NCBI GenBank assembly: GCA_964106645.2
Contig: OZ067051.1
Direction: 5' to 3' (one strand)
Length of the DNA stretch: 64,000 nucleotides
From: Podarcis pityusensis
Taxonomy: Eukaryota
Shown: positions 22,336-35,435 of the stretch, piece by piece
How the letters are laid out: every line of letters begins with the position of its first letter
How positions within the stretch are numbered: position 1 is the first letter of the stretch
Made by a program: the position numbers and the translations under genes
The notes under the pieces: generated by a model
Databases searched by the model: none
Told to the model about the DNA's origin: nothing
The model's input: the letters and a program-made list of their open reading frames with translations, nothing else

Positions 22336-23144
22336 GTAAGTATGGAAGCTTTTGCGGCACACTTACAAACCAGTTAGTAGCGATACCCAAAAACTTGTGG
22401 GTGCGTCCTGCTCTCATTAACTGGTCATGGTCTGGAGCAACCATTATGGCTTAGCCTACCCGGGCTCTATGGGTCAGCATGGCACATGGCCCCTTGCCAA
22501 TCCCGTCCTTATTCAGCTATCTTTTGCGAAAAGAGTCAGCAGCAAAACAGGTCCTGCTTCTTGATAGCCTCCTCTGTATTCCAGGCTTATGTTGCTTCTT
22601 GGTTACCACGGGGCCAAGTTAGATGTGGCAGCAGAGGAAGCCAGGATTTACTCTTTTGTGTTTTACATCTGTAAGAATGGGCTTAAACTCGCAAGTTGTT
22701 CTTCTGATGTACAGCTGGGTACTCCTTCCCCGTTTGGAAAAACTCTTGAGTACATAAAAATGCTTGCCTCCTTTTGAATTCCTTTCCCCCTGCTGCTGCT
22801 GGATCTTTCTTGCCCCTGGTCTGACTCTTGCCTGCACCCTGTTGCATCCAGCTCTCTGTTTCTTTCATTTGCTGCTGCTGCTGCTGTTCTGAGGGCTGGT
22901 GGGGAGGGCTATATCTGCCTGCCAAGCCCCCAGGCCAGCTTTCCCCATCCTGGTGCCATCTAGATGTTGTTGGATTCTAACTCCCACCAACCCCTTGAGC
23001 CAGCACTGCCAGGAATGGTGGCAGTGTAGCTCAAAGCATCTGGAGGGTGTCAGGCTGGAGAAGGAAGCACGAGTGTGTTGGGAAAAGCTGAGTCAAGTAA
23101 GTTGACAGCCCTGGCCAAGCAATGGTCTCCTCTTGCTTTTGCAG

Positions 23145-23247
23145 ACTTTGTAATTTTCTTCTGGAAAATCCAGATTATCCAAAGAAGGAAGGCAGAGTGG
23201 TTTTAAATCCAAATAGCAGCCTCCTCTCCAGCCCAGATGAGACAAAG
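23145..23247 (+). CDS. RNF216: RNF216 exon 6; [34 protein letters not shown]
   Basis: tttgcag| ... AAG|gtaagt. 103 nt, phase 2 to 0. Confidence 0.95.
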
Positions 23248-23356
23248 GTAAGTGGCAAGTTGTAAGGTTAATCAGAAATTATGAAGTCCCTGCAAGGAGG
23301 CTATTTGATGTACGTTAGGCAGGACTCAAGGGACTTCAGGGAAGGGGCAGAGGAGG

Positions 23357-23578
23357 TTAAAAGGTTGAACTCTTAGCACACACATTCTTGCCAGCTGCTG
23401 TGAGGTGCAACCCGTCTCTTGCCAGAAGTCCTTCCTCAAGGGAGCGGAGACCATGGTCCAAGAAGCCTAACCCTTCCTGACGGCACCACCTGTGCAGCCA
23501 GTGCTGTACTTCCAATACTTTCCTCTCTCTTCTGGCTTTCAACAGGAAGGCGGGATGAATAAACCACCTGTGCCCCAA
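23357..23578 (-). mobile_element. CR1-type ORF1 esterase (SGNH) fragment
   Basis: WLHRWCRQEGLGFLDHG...LLARDGLHLT motif typical of CR1 ORF1 esterases. Confidence 0.7.
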
Positions 23579-23622
23579 GCCTCTTCAGCTTCCTGCCCAG
23601 AGTCTCATAGTCCCTTTCTATA

Positions 23623-23848
23623 CAGTGGTACCTCGGGTTACAGACGCTTCAGGTTACAGACTCCGCTAACTCAGAAATATTACCTTGGATTAAGAATTTT
23701 GCTTCAGGATGAGAACAGAAATTGTGCTCCGGCGGTGTGGTGGCAGGAAGAGGCCCCTTTAGCTAAAGTGGTGCTTCAGGTTAAGAACAGTTTCAGGTTA
23801 AGAACGGACCTCCGGAACAAATTAAGTATGTAACCAGAGGTACCACTG
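23623..23848. mobile_element. Tc1/mariner-pogo-type MITE, family A
   Basis: TA flanks and TIRs; inverted relative to 33118-33346. Confidence 0.88.
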
Positions 23849-24694
23849 TATGTTGAAGGCTGTGTGTGGCTGTATCATGTGTACCCAACATGAATCAGAA
23901 GGAAGGGACTGTGGTCAGTGGGCTTCATAAGGCTTGGCAACTTCTTTGTCACATCGTGAATCTTTGCACCTGGAAGACAGCACACCTCCCGTGACATCCT
24001 GTTACCTCCTCACTCCTGCCTCTGTCCCCCTCAGTAGGGAGTCCCCTACCAGCCCCACACATCTCTCCCTTCTCTGGGGAGTGGCAGGAATTGTTCTGTA
24101 CGCCGTCCCTTCCAAAGCCACCTTGGGAGTGTTCTAAGGTCTGCAACTGCTGCTCTTGCTCCTCTGGCCCAGAACCAGATTGCTGGCAGGGTAGGAGTTT
24201 TGGGCCTCTAACCTGGACATATATCTTCCAGTCCCTGCATTTGGGCCAGTAAAATGAATCTTCCCTTCTAGCCTATTGCAGCTTATCTAGATATATATTA
24301 TGAGGATAGGTTAGGGGCAGGAGTCTTATGGCTCAAGAGTTTCCTACTCCTTCCTCTCAAGTTGCCTTTTCCAGACCACAATTCCCTTTCTCTGAGATCA
24401 TTTCATTGGAAGGTAGCAAGTTCAGATTATTGGCATACTCATCCACTGTCAGCCTTGGACCTGAAGGGCTCATAGGTCAAGAATAGAAAATGCCCAGTTC
24501 ACTACCTTTTAACCTCACCTCCGTTGCAAGGTTGTTTTGAGAATAAATGTGGGTGGGGGAGAATCTTGAGCTTGCTGGAGGAAAAATGGAGTGAAGCTTG
24601 AATAATAATCACGGTAAACTTCCAAGGCCAGACAAGTGTGCGCTGACTCTTTCCCCTTCCCTCCCTCCCCGTTTCCTTTTTTCTTCTTTCTTAG

Positions 24695-24859
24695 GTGCCT
24701 AAAGTGGACTACTTTGACTTCTCCAAACTTGAACCACTTGATCAGCGCTGCTTTATCCAAGCGGCTGATCTCCTCATGGCTGACTTCAAAATGTTGAGTA
24801 GCCAGGACATCAAGTGGGCGCTGCATGAGCTCAAGGGACACTATGCAATCACACGAAAG
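24695..24859 (+). CDS. RNF216: RNF216 exon 7; VPKVDYFDF...[15 protein letters not shown]
   Basis: cttag| ... AAG|gttcct (weak donor). 165 nt, phase 0 to 0. Confidence 0.93.
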
Positions 24860-25008
24860 GTTCCTTCCCTTCATTTCTTCTCTCTCTTTTCCCCTACCCC
24901 AAACTGCTACAACAATTTACTTGACTCAGTGTTGGAAGGGAGATGTACAGCCTGAGCGTATAAGAAGTCAAGCCCCCTGAGGCACCAAGGCACCATTATT
25001 ATTAGTAA

Positions 25009-25206
<198 letters not shown>

Positions 25207-26976
25207 TAGCTGCTGTCTGCGCTGGCTCTCAGTGGCCGCCCAGGCTCCATTCAAGGTGCTTCTTGCTGCCATCACTGTGTGTCAAAAGTAAAGGTGTGTG
25301 GGAAGAAATGAGCAGCAGCACCAAGAAGGCTGGGAGAGGAATCGGGTTGTGCTGATGCACACCCACTCTGGGGACAACAAGTGGGAAGGAGGGAGGGAGG
25401 AGCAAGAGACCAGGAGGCAGCTCTGTCTACTGTGTTCAGGTTGGCTCCATTTGACTACTATTTCTCCTTGCTGCTGCTGCTGCCTCTTCCTGCTCCTTCA
25501 CCCAGGGAGCCTCCCGTCTTGGCAGGCCTGTCAGCCCCCTGCTGCTTTCTGCAGCCCCCCAGCTCCCATGAAACAGGAGCACTGAGTGCCCGGAATGTGT
25601 CTCTGTTCTTTTGCAAAGGGATGGCCTTTACCCCTCTGCCTCGGCTGATGCTCAAGCCATCTCACAAAATGGAAAACCTCACGGCAGACGTAATGAGCAC
25701 ACTTATGTAATTTGGTTGGGTTTATTTCATTTGCAAAGGAACGTGGCTTTTGCCTGCCAGGCGCAAGTTTGAAAAGAACTTTCAGAGGACTAAATCATTT
25801 TTCTTTGTGGAGATGATCACAATAAAAAAGGCATATGAATAGACAAGACTTAAAGAAAGACATACAAACAGCAGCAGTAGAGCACCCAGAAGCTGTCAAC
25901 TCAGCAAAAGCTTTGCTATGTAAAATAGTCCTTACCTGCTGCTTTAGAGACAGTGCCAGGTATATGTGCTTGGGAGAGCATTCCACAGTCCGGGTGCCAC
26001 AACAGAGAAGGCCCTGTCCCTGGTAGCCAGCCACTGACGTTCCTGCGATGAGGGCCTCTGGTACATGATATCTGCCCACAGTCTCTGATGATTGCCTCCA
26101 TTCAGAGGACAGCAGTCCTTCAGGTAGGCTGGGCTCTGTGAATTGTGCTTGGAGGCAGATTTTAAGCTGCACATGGAGGATTGGGAGGTGCCGGTGCACC
26201 CAGAATTCGGGGACAGGTCCTTTCCATGAAAAGGCACCTCTGAAATTCCTTGCAAGTCAGAAAAGGCAAAGTGTGCCCCATCCCTGTGAACTTCCCCTGA
26301 GTGGGTTGCAGAATTAAGCCCCCAGGAGCTTAATTCCTCTGCTTTTCACATTATTGGGTTCAGTGATGACACCAATCAACTGCCTGAAAAGAACATGGCT
26401 GGCAGCCTAGTTCATGGCTCCATTGGTGTCATGGAAACCTCTTAACTGCAGCTGTTAATCTTGAGGGTGGCTGGATTGTGACGTGGTAATTGCAAGAGTG
26501 GGATGCTGCTTCCACGGTGCCTCTCCTCCTGCTCCTCTCTGTGATCCTGTGCCTTTGCTCCTCTGCCTGGGGCAGCCCTATTTTCCAGTCACAGGGAGGG
26601 AAGGGGGTTGGGATGAGCCACAGTTGCATCCTCGTTGGCTGAGGCAAAGTTGTTGGGGTGGTTGTTGTTGTTTTTTTACCAAAAAATATTTTTATGGAGC
26701 TGGGGCACAGTTGTTGGAAGAGGCAGATTCCTGGGCAACTGAATTCTGGCAATGTCCGCAGCATGTTGCAACCTGTGTTGTCAGGCCATGACCATTTCCC
26801 ACACCCTGCTGGAGTTTAGTCGGAGGGGATGAGATAAGAAACAGATGAAGGTTGGTTTATAAGGGGATGGTGCATTGCAGAGGGCCCTGTTTTCGTGGGT
26901 GGGCCCCTTGCTCTCCTGTTTCCTCCTCATTAAGGGCCATTTGTTTCTTTGTTCGGTTTTTCCAATGGCACTTCAG

Positions 26977-27116
26977 GCGACATGAAAATAGAGAAGCGCA
27001 TGTTCTTCTTGGAGAACAAGAGGAGGCACTACAGGAGCTACGACCCATGCGCTCTCCTCCCAGCCGTGCAGCTGGAGCAGGAGTTCTACGAGCAGAAGAT
27101 CAAGGAAATGGCAGAG
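26977..27116 (+). CDS. RNF216: RNF216 exon 9; [18 protein letters not shown]...KIKEMAE
   Basis: cttcag| ... GAG|gtgagc. 140 nt, phase 1 to 0. Confidence 0.95.
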
Positions 27117-27174
27117 GTGAGCAGTGTGTCCCGTGCAAGGGACTCGGGGCTCTTTTGGCGGCCAAGACACCAAA

Positions 27175-27311
27175 CAGTGTTTCTCAAATTTGGACACTCA
27201 GTTGTTTGTTAGACTACAACTCCCGTCATCCCTGACCACTGGTCCTGCTAGCTAGGGATGATGGGAGTTGTAGTCTGACAAAAGCTGGGGACCCAGGTTT
27301 GAGAAACAATG
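27175..27311. mobile_element. Palindromic hAT-type mini-MITE
   Basis: Fold-back ends cagtgtttctcaaa / tttgagaaacaatg with the shared core ctacaactccc...gggagttgtag. Confidence 0.75.
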
Positions 27312-27568
27312 CTAAGACGAGTTCTTCCTTCTTGGGCACCAACCACTAATATTTAGCCTGGGGATTTGGGCATGGCGATGGCCTGGATGGGGCTCAGTCC
27401 AGACAAGACAGAGGTGCTGTGGGTGGGCTATTCATCCACATGGGTGAATGGTATTCAGCCTGTCCTGGAGAGGGCTGCTCTCCCCATGAAGGATTAGGTT
27501 TGAAGTATGGTAAGTGCCTTCAGGTCCAACATTTTCATTCAAAGCTATATAGCTTTTGTAATTTAAAG

Positions 27569-27704
27569 CAGGCATCCCCAAACTCAGTCCTCCAGATGAT
27601 TTGGGACTACAATTCCCATCATCCCTGACCATTGGTCCTGTTAGCTAGGGATGATGGGAGTTGTAGTCCCAAAACATCTGGAGGGCCAAGTTTGGTGATG
27701 CCTG
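27569..27704. mobile_element. Palindromic hAT-type mini-MITE
   Basis: Perfect 8-bp TSD atttaaag; fold-back structure. Confidence 0.88.
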
Positions 27705-28731
27705 ATTTAAAGCATCTTTTATCAGTTTCTGTTAATAACATCTCCTACAGCCTTACTTGTATGGAAATAGTACAGCCACAGTTAACCATGCTCTGGCAAT
27801 TTCCCATTAGACTGCTGCAATGTGTTGTATGTAGGGCTGCCTTTAAAACTAACCCGGACACTGTAGTAGGTTTGAAACAGAGCTGCAAGTTTACTGGACT
27901 GGGCTTTTGAGTTACGCCCTGGTTGTGCTTTCAACTGGACCTGGGCCCAATTTTCTTAAGTGGTGGATTTAACCTACAAAGCCATCAATAGCTTGGGCTG
28001 CCTGAAATATCTCCACCTTTTGCATATGCCTCCCTGAACCTTAAGGAGCCCTGTTCCAGGTGCTCCTACCAAGTTGAGTGGGTGGCTGCCATGGAGAGAG
28101 GGCCTTTTTGGTAGTGGCACCTCAGCTAAGGTATATCCTCCCCAGAGGGGATTCTTTAGGAGCTTTCCAGTGCCAGGGGAATACCTTCCTGTTCACTCAA
28201 GCCTTTTTGGAATCGAAGCTACAAAACTATTTTATGCTGCCTGTATGCAAAGAAGCTTCTCCTTGTCGTCTTATTTTTTAAAATTATTGAGTTGCTTCTT
28301 AAATATTTTGTTGTAAGCTGCCCAGGAGGAGTTTATTGGTGGACAGCTTTGTAAATCTAACAAAGAACGTGTTGTGGTGGCCCCATGCTTCATCTAGCAA
28401 GCAAGCTTGCTGAATGTGCTCTGGGGGTGCCAGGAGGGTCACCTAACACAAAAGCCACAAGGTGTGGACAACCCTCTTTAAATGCTCATGAGAATACGCC
28501 TGGGAATTACCTTGGCTGTGTCTGACACGGAGCCATCCTTAATAGTCTCATCACACTGCTTGAAAACGGAGAGTAGCCCTGAGAGTCCTCTGAAACTTTT
28601 ATCAGGGATTTCCCAGTGAGAAGGTTCAGTAGTGGTAGTCGTCCCATCGCATTAGAAAATGGTGAGCGGCTCATCCATTCTGGAGGTTCTGTGTTCATAG
28701 CCCTGAGTGTGTTTCCTTTTTCTCTTGCCAG

Positions 28732-28782
28732 CATGCAGATTTTCTGCTCGCCCTGCAGGTAAACGAGGAGCAGTATCAAAAA
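28732..28782 (+). CDS. RNF216: RNF216 exon 10; HADFLLALQVNEEQYQK
   Basis: ttgccag| ... AAA|gtaagt. 51 nt, phase 0 to 0. Confidence 0.94.
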
Positions 28783-29182
28783 GTAAGTAGCTCCGTTAAC
28801 ACACACAGGCAGAGAGTAATGTCATGCCAAACTTGTACTGTTCATTTTAGTCCTATTTATTAATTTTATTTCATAGAATTTATTCACGGCTTGATTGCAA
28901 CCCCGCCCCCCCCAAAGCAACAACCCAACAACCTCAAAAGCGGTTTGCAAATACAAAACAGTAAGATGAAGAAAAAATTGCAACTCTATTTTAAAACATA
29001 CAAAAGTTAAAACACTAAAACAGAATGAAATTGCCTTAACTTTCTAAGCATCCGGGTAGGCTTGTCTAAAATGAATGTTTTTATTAGGCGCCCAAAGGAA
29101 TGTGGGGAAGGGGCCTGCTTGATCTCAAAAGGCAGGGAGTTCCAAAGTGTAGGCACTGCCACTCTTAAGTGATTGAGTGTCT

Positions 29183-29326
29183 ACCAGACTTTTAGAAGAC
29201 ATCTGAAGGCAGCCCTGTTTAGGGGAGCTTTTAATGTTTGATGCATTACTGTATTTTAATATTTTGTTGAAAGCCGCCCAGAGTGGCTGGGGAAGCCCAG
29301 CCAGATGGGCGGGGTATAAATAATAA

Positions 29327-29355
<29 letters not shown>
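29183..29355 (+). mobile_element. Short L2-type 3' tail with (TTA)n, inside an older opposite-strand L2 fragment
   Basis: gccgcccagagtggctgggg...gggcggggtataaat followed by (TTA)n. Confidence 0.65.
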
Positions 29356-29358
<3 letters not shown>

Positions 29359-30203
29359 CTTCTTACAAAGGCAGAATGGGGATTACGTGGCCCCTGTTGA
29401 AGTGCCACTCCTACCGATCAAGGCAGCTGAGTTGGGCACATGCTCACGCAATCAGATATGCCTTTGAGGGGTTTCCCCCAGGCAGATGCTCTCCAGATCT
29501 TCTAGATCATATGGAAACTGTAGTTCCACACATGGAAGGTGCCAGGTTGAGGAAGGCTGTCTTGAGAGTGTGGGGCCCTCAGGTGGTACAGGTGCCGGTG
29601 TGAAACTGATGTTTGGCATCTGGAATACGTGTCAGTCGGCTTTCTGTGTAACGATAGTGCTATGTGCTACAATTTGATTTTCAGTGGAGGAAATCTGCTG
29701 AATCTGACTGCTTGAGTTTTACACTGTGAGACCAGGATACTGGACTGTAAAAGCCACTGGTCTGACTCAGCAAGCTATTCTTACATCAATCAGCTGTGAG
29801 GTTGTAATTTTCTTAACCTTGTTTTACTGCATGGAGCTCCTTGATCCGATCCGATTTCATACCTCATGTATGAAGCCTGTGTGCGGCTTTCTCCTAGAAG
29901 CATCTGGGGTGCAAAATAGTGCCTGAGCTCTTGATTTGAAGCCATTGGTATGCTTCTCATACCACCAAGCGCAAAGTGCTTTTCCGTGATGCACTTCCAT
30001 GCAGGGGGCGAGTGAGCAGTGCAGCCCGGAGGTGGGCCCGCTTGCGTGTCTTCCCTCCCTTCTTCACATCAAGACCCAAGCCATTTGCCTGGCCTGCAGG
30101 GTTTTCCATGCAGGATCATGTTATGGAAAAGTGGCCTTCATGTGCAGGACGCCATCATTGACGGCTTGGAAGTGGCAATTAACCTTGAGGCATTGACTTG
30201 CAG

Positions 30204-30341
30204 AATGGCCAGATGATCGTGTGTTGCTGTTGCTACGGGGACTTTGCGTTTGAGGAGCTGACTCAGTGCGCAGATGGACATTTGTTTTGCAAGGAGTGCC
30301 TAATCAAGTATGCTCAGGAAGCAGTCTTTGGCTCTGGCAAG
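30204..30341 (+). CDS. RNF216: RNF216 exon 11, RING1 N-part; [46 protein letters not shown]
   Basis: ttgcag| ... AAG|gtaagg. 138 nt with RING Cys/His spacing. Confidence 0.96.
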
Positions 30342-30818
30342 GTAAGGAAAGAGATCTCCTGGTTGCGTGAAACGGTTGAGATTTTCAGGCCTTCTGACTT
30401 TGTCTTCCTTCACGTCATCCACTGCCGGTTTACTCTTGTCTCATCCCACTCCTGGTTTTCAGCTCTGTTCACATGGCATCGTTCATTGCGAGCTGTTTCA
30501 ACTGCTGCTACTTTTTTTTGGTCAAGTGTCTTGTGTTGGTGTGAGTTGGACAGCCCTGGCTGGGTGACATCCTCCGGCCGATGATGATGCCTGGAGGATG
30601 AAAACATTTTGTTGTGGCTTAGCAGAAAGTTCCACCGTGATGCATGTGCAGCCTCCCATAAGAAAATGATTGCAAAATAACCGCCTGTCCCAGTTCTATA
30701 TCCTAAATGTTGCAAAGCAGCTCTGCATGTTGGAATGGTGCTGTATAAACGACTGACAATTAAACAGCGCTGAACTTCCTATAATCTTAGCCTTTCTCTG
30801 TCTTTCTCCGGGGTGTAG

Positions 30819-30968
<150 letters not shown>

Positions 30969-31297
30969 TGAGTCTAGCTCCTTTTGTCTGAGCTTCGTGG
31001 GGCATTCTGAGGTTCCCAGCCACCTTTGGCCAATTCACACATTACTCACCAGCAGCAGATGCTAGCTTAGGATCACATGCACACACAGTCCTGGCTCCCT
31101 GCTGCAGCCCTGTGGAAAACCAGGTTGATCCCATGTCTGCCTCACGGTAAAAGGTGTGTGTGGTCTAATCTCCTTTGAAGTTCTGCCGGAAAGGAAACAA
31201 GATCAGGCGGGTGAGGAAGACTGGCAGCAGACCTTTGAGGACTATTCAGCGAGAAGTTAGTACAAAACCCTCAACTCCACTCTTCCTTGGCCCACAG

Positions 31298-31376
31298 GTG
31301 TCCCTTCTGCAGCTTCCCAGCTCTGCTGGACAAGGATGTGAAGCGGTTCAGCTGCCCCAACCCTCGATGCCGGAAG
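31298..31376 (+). CDS. RNF216: RNF216 exon 13, IBR N-part; [26 protein letters not shown]
   Basis: ccacag| ... AAG|gtaaga. 79 nt, phase 2 to 0. Confidence 0.96.
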
Positions 31377-33117
31377 GTAAGAGGTGGATTTTTAATTATG
31401 CGATTGGCTGGCGATGCAACAAGGCAGGCAGTATTTGAAGAAACAAGGCTCTGTCCTCTGCTGCCTGGTTCAGCAGTGTATTGAGTGGGAAGGGGAGCTT
31501 GGGATGGAGTTCCTTGCAGGGGCCTTGTTTCAGGCCGCAAGGTCTCTTGCGACGGGTCTTGGCCAAGAAGAGTGCATGCCAAGCTGAGCTTTTGAGGTGG
31601 CAACAGCTGCCTGAGGAAGCAAACTGTTGGAAGAGGGATTGGGGGTTCTTGGCGTGGCAGAAGTCACAGTAACCCAAGGGGCAGCTTCGTGTGCAGTGTC
31701 TTCTGTCTATTTTGCAGAAATAGCCCTTCAGGTGCTCTTAACTGGTGGGTGCAGTCCGTGTGCTACGCAGTGCACCCTGGCCTCTTCCCACGAGGCTAGA
31801 TTTTGAGCCAGCCTGGTGCTGCTCTTGTTTTCTGGCTCAGTGCTGCTTCTCTGCAGAGGCACAGAGTGCCGAGCAGGCAGCATACTGGCCGATGTGGGTC
31901 TGCGTGTGCGGACCTGACTGATAGCTGCAGCCACTGGCATAGGAGGAGCCCATCTCAATGAACAGCAACAGAGATTTGCTTGAAACCGAGAAAATATGAG
32001 AATTGGAATATTGGAGGGTGAGAACCACTAGGTGGTGCCATTGGTCTGTGCAAGGCCAGAGTTAATCCTATGTAAGTCTCTCTTTTCCGGTAGCTGGGAT
32101 ACTCTCCCTAAAAGCGAGACAGAATCCATGGGGCTCTGCTGAGCCCGAGACCTTCAGAGCCTTTTGTTTAGTTGCCTGTCACATTCAGGCATTACTGCTG
32201 CAAGCCTTCATCCAAGGAGTTCCCCTTGCAGCCCTGGAGAGAGCGCAGTGTGCAAGAGATCATCCGTTGAACTCCTAAATGTATGGGTGTCTGCTGAGGT
32301 CTCTCAGTTCCTGGAATGCCCCAGGGCTCATGATCTTGGGCATACCTGTTACCACATGAGGAACTGTAATTTCAGCAATGTGGAGTTTCACGTGCAGAGT
32401 GGGCTTGGCGGCCTTGCTAGAGATTCGTTGTGGTGACCACTTTTTCTTTGGCTTACCTGTCTCTCGCATAGTGTCTGTGTTCTTTAATTTCTTTGGCCAA
32501 AAAGGTGAGGAAATGGCTGTGAACTATTGCAATTACTTTCTTATTTGGTGTGGAAAATTCAGTTTCTAAAAATGCATTGTGTTACAGAATTTGTAACCGT
32601 GGTTTTGCTTTTACATCCAAAGCTACTGAAATGAGCGAGGATTGAAGCATGATTTTTGGCACAGTTTGGACATAGCAAACTCGGATTAAACCGGGAAGTA
32701 AATGCTTCCAATATCCTCCTGCCCTGGCAGAGCGGGAGGAAGCATTGCCTTCTACCAGTTGATATTTAGGGCATCTGAAAATTAAGTAGGGGGAAGAAAT
32801 CCCATTCAGAATTCTCCAGAAAACCCACGTGGCTGCTGCGTAGCATGACCCATGACAAGAGGACATGCAGTGGGGGGGGGGGGTAGTGGGCAGCTGAAAA
32901 GCCCTGATGCAGCAGTGCAAGGCAAGCAAGTCTTTGCAGAAGAAGCTGCCTTTGCAGGGGACTTCCTGGAAGAAGGTGGAGCCAGAGGCTGTCTACCACT
33001 CACTCCCCTCTTAGCAAGCGGCAGAAGCCGTGTTGCGGTTACATCCTGGGTTGTCTACCTGGGGCTCATGTTGTATGTCTGAATGGACCCCTAGATATTC
33101 AGCCGGGACTTCCATTA

Positions 33118-33346
33118 CAGTGGTACCTCGGATTAAGTACTTAATTCGTTCTGGAGGTCCGTACTTAACCTGAAACTGTTCTTAACGTGAAGCACCACTT
33201 TAGCTAATGGGGCCTCCTGCTGCTGCCGCTGCGCCGCCAGAGCACGATTTCTGTTCTCATCCTGAAGCAAAGTTCTTAGCCTGAAGCACTATTTCTGGGT
33301 TAGCGGAGTCTGTAACCTGAAGCGTATGTAACCCGAGGTACCACTG
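33118..33346. mobile_element. Tc1/mariner-pogo-type MITE, family A (orientation opposite to 23623)
   Basis: TA flanks; its 3' end is the reverse complement of the start of the 23623 copy. Confidence 0.88.
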
Positions 33347-33665
33347 TATAATGCTGTTGGTCGCTGGAGTGGGTGGGTGGGGGGAGTGGTGGTTAAAAGC
33401 TTCATTCATCAAACACCAACAGTCATGCACATGCTACTTAATGTCTTGTGCTGTACGTGGACGTCTTTAGACTCCAAAAGAATTGCCTCCTGCCGGCTTG
33501 CATTCTTCAAATGCATTTACCATATTGCATCAATAATAACAGATCTAATGACTGGTAGCTGAATATTGGAACTCCCCCTCCCCGCTCCTTGGGTAGTAGA
33601 TGCTTGCTTGTTTAATTTTGTCCCTCTCTTCTGCCAAAGAAGAATCCTGCAGCAGTTTACAGGTC

Positions 33666-33667
<2 letters not shown>

Positions 33668-33701
<34 letters not shown>
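33668..33701. repeat. (GA)n microsatellite
   Basis: Read directly. Confidence 0.95.
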
Positions 33702-33707
<6 letters not shown>

Positions 33708-34088
33708 CAATCCCTGCCATTAGGCATGTCACAAAAGGAAAACAGATTGGGAGGGAGAAGGAAAATAGAGTACAAGTTCTAATGACCAGGTGGAGTGGAA
33801 AAGTTCAAGGCGAGGTGGCACCAAAATGTGGTTGGTCTCCTCTCCTCCCCTGCTGCTTGAAGCTGTGCATGGCTGTTTCCAGGAGGGAGGAGCCTGGCTG
33901 CTCAGCAGAGCTGGTGGTTGCCAGCCCCACAAAAGGCAAAAATGCTGTGGCCGTGGGCAGGAATGGCAATTGTACCAGTGGTCGCAGCCATGTCAGAACT
34001 TTCTAGGCAGGAGTGGCTCCGTCTGGCACCAGTGGCTTGTGGTGTTTTGATTTGCGACGTGTTCAAATCAAATTCCACTAAGTCCTAT

Positions 34089-34726
34089 TGTTAATGGAGG
34101 AATCCGAGGGCTCCCTTGGGCAAAATCAAAGACACCAACCAGGACAATTTGGAGCAAAACAGCAGCCAGTAGGCTTGGCCTTTATTGGAAACTGTCGTGA
34201 CAGGACTCCCACCCACAACAAGATGAAGCAAAATGGAAGCCCAGAACAAAAGAAGACCCCAACTTTTATTAGTTACTAATCCCCCAAACTACACCCCCAA
34301 GACTACATCACAACTACATCACAAAAAGGAGGGGTTGAGGGAGGAGTTGTGGAGGTAACCTGAGTATCTTGTCACCTGGCTGGTTCCCCCTTTCCCCCCT
34401 CCCCATGAGTACTTTCCAGGTGACAAAGGGGAGTTTGCTGTTTCCTGCCCCCAGAGGGAAGAGCTGATCACTGTCCTTTGTTCCAGTCTGTGCTGAATCC
34501 ACTCCCATATGCAAGTTCTTTTGTGACCTTGATGGTCTTCTGTCTAGGACGATCAGGGTTGGCATAGCAACTGGGCAGGGCTCCTGTGTATGTGCTGATA
34601 TGCTCAAGGGATTATGGCTGCCCTGTATCAAACCTTCCCCATTTTGTAGTCCTTCCTTCATGGAGTAAAATAAAAGTGGAATGGTGCAGATCCGATGTAT
34701 GGTTGATTTTCTATGAATTTATAACA
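34089..34726 (-). mobile_element. Solo LTR, same family as 50497-51176
   Basis: TGTTA...TAACA ends; shared block caaagacacca.ccagga...ggagcaaaacagcagccag...ctttatt; no TSD seen. Confidence 0.72.
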
Positions 34727-35029
34727 GAAGCGTAGCATATGTAGTGTGTGAGTGAGTGAGTGTGTGTGTGTGTGTGTCAAGTTTGTACAAACTGAATGAT
34801 TTTGGGGGGGGGGTGTTTCCTGCAACACTATCAGCCACGGTAGTTAAATAGAACCTTCTCTGAGGTTCTGATAAGCCTGAGGACTGGAAAGTGGACGATA
34901 CAACACCAATTTTTTGAAACGGGATCAAGAGAGGATCCTGGAAATCACAGGCCTATAGGCTTAAATGCCTGTTTCAGGAAAACAGGAAGGCTCCAATATC
35001 TGGGATTTCTTAGATTAGCGAAGAGTTGG

Positions 35030-35435
35030 CATGATAAAACGATGCCTGGTGTGGAGAAAGGGGATAGAGAAAAGTTTTTCTCCCTCTCTGCTAACACTGG
35101 AACTCGTGGACATCCTTGGAAGAGTCAGGACAAACAAAAGGAAGGACTTCTTCATGCAGCACATTGTTAAACTGTGGAACTCTCTCCCACAGGAGACAGG
35201 GATGGCCACCAACTTGGATGGCTTTAAAAGAGTCAAATTCACGGGAGAGGAGACAGCTATCGATGGCTACCAGCCACAATGGCTTTTCTCTGCCTCCATG
35301 GGAGAAGGCAGTTTTACTTCTGAGTACCACTTGCTGGAAAGTGCAGGAAGGGCTCCTGCTTGGCTCCTGCTTTGCAAAATGCTAGACTAGAAGGGCCATG
35401 GGCCTGATCCAGCAGGGCTCGCCCTGTGTTCTTAC
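35030..35435 (+). mobile_element. CR1 LINE 3' end
   Basis: ORF2 C-terminus RTNKRKDFFMQHIVKLWNSLPQE...DGFKR followed by a CR1-like 3' UTR. Confidence 0.8.
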
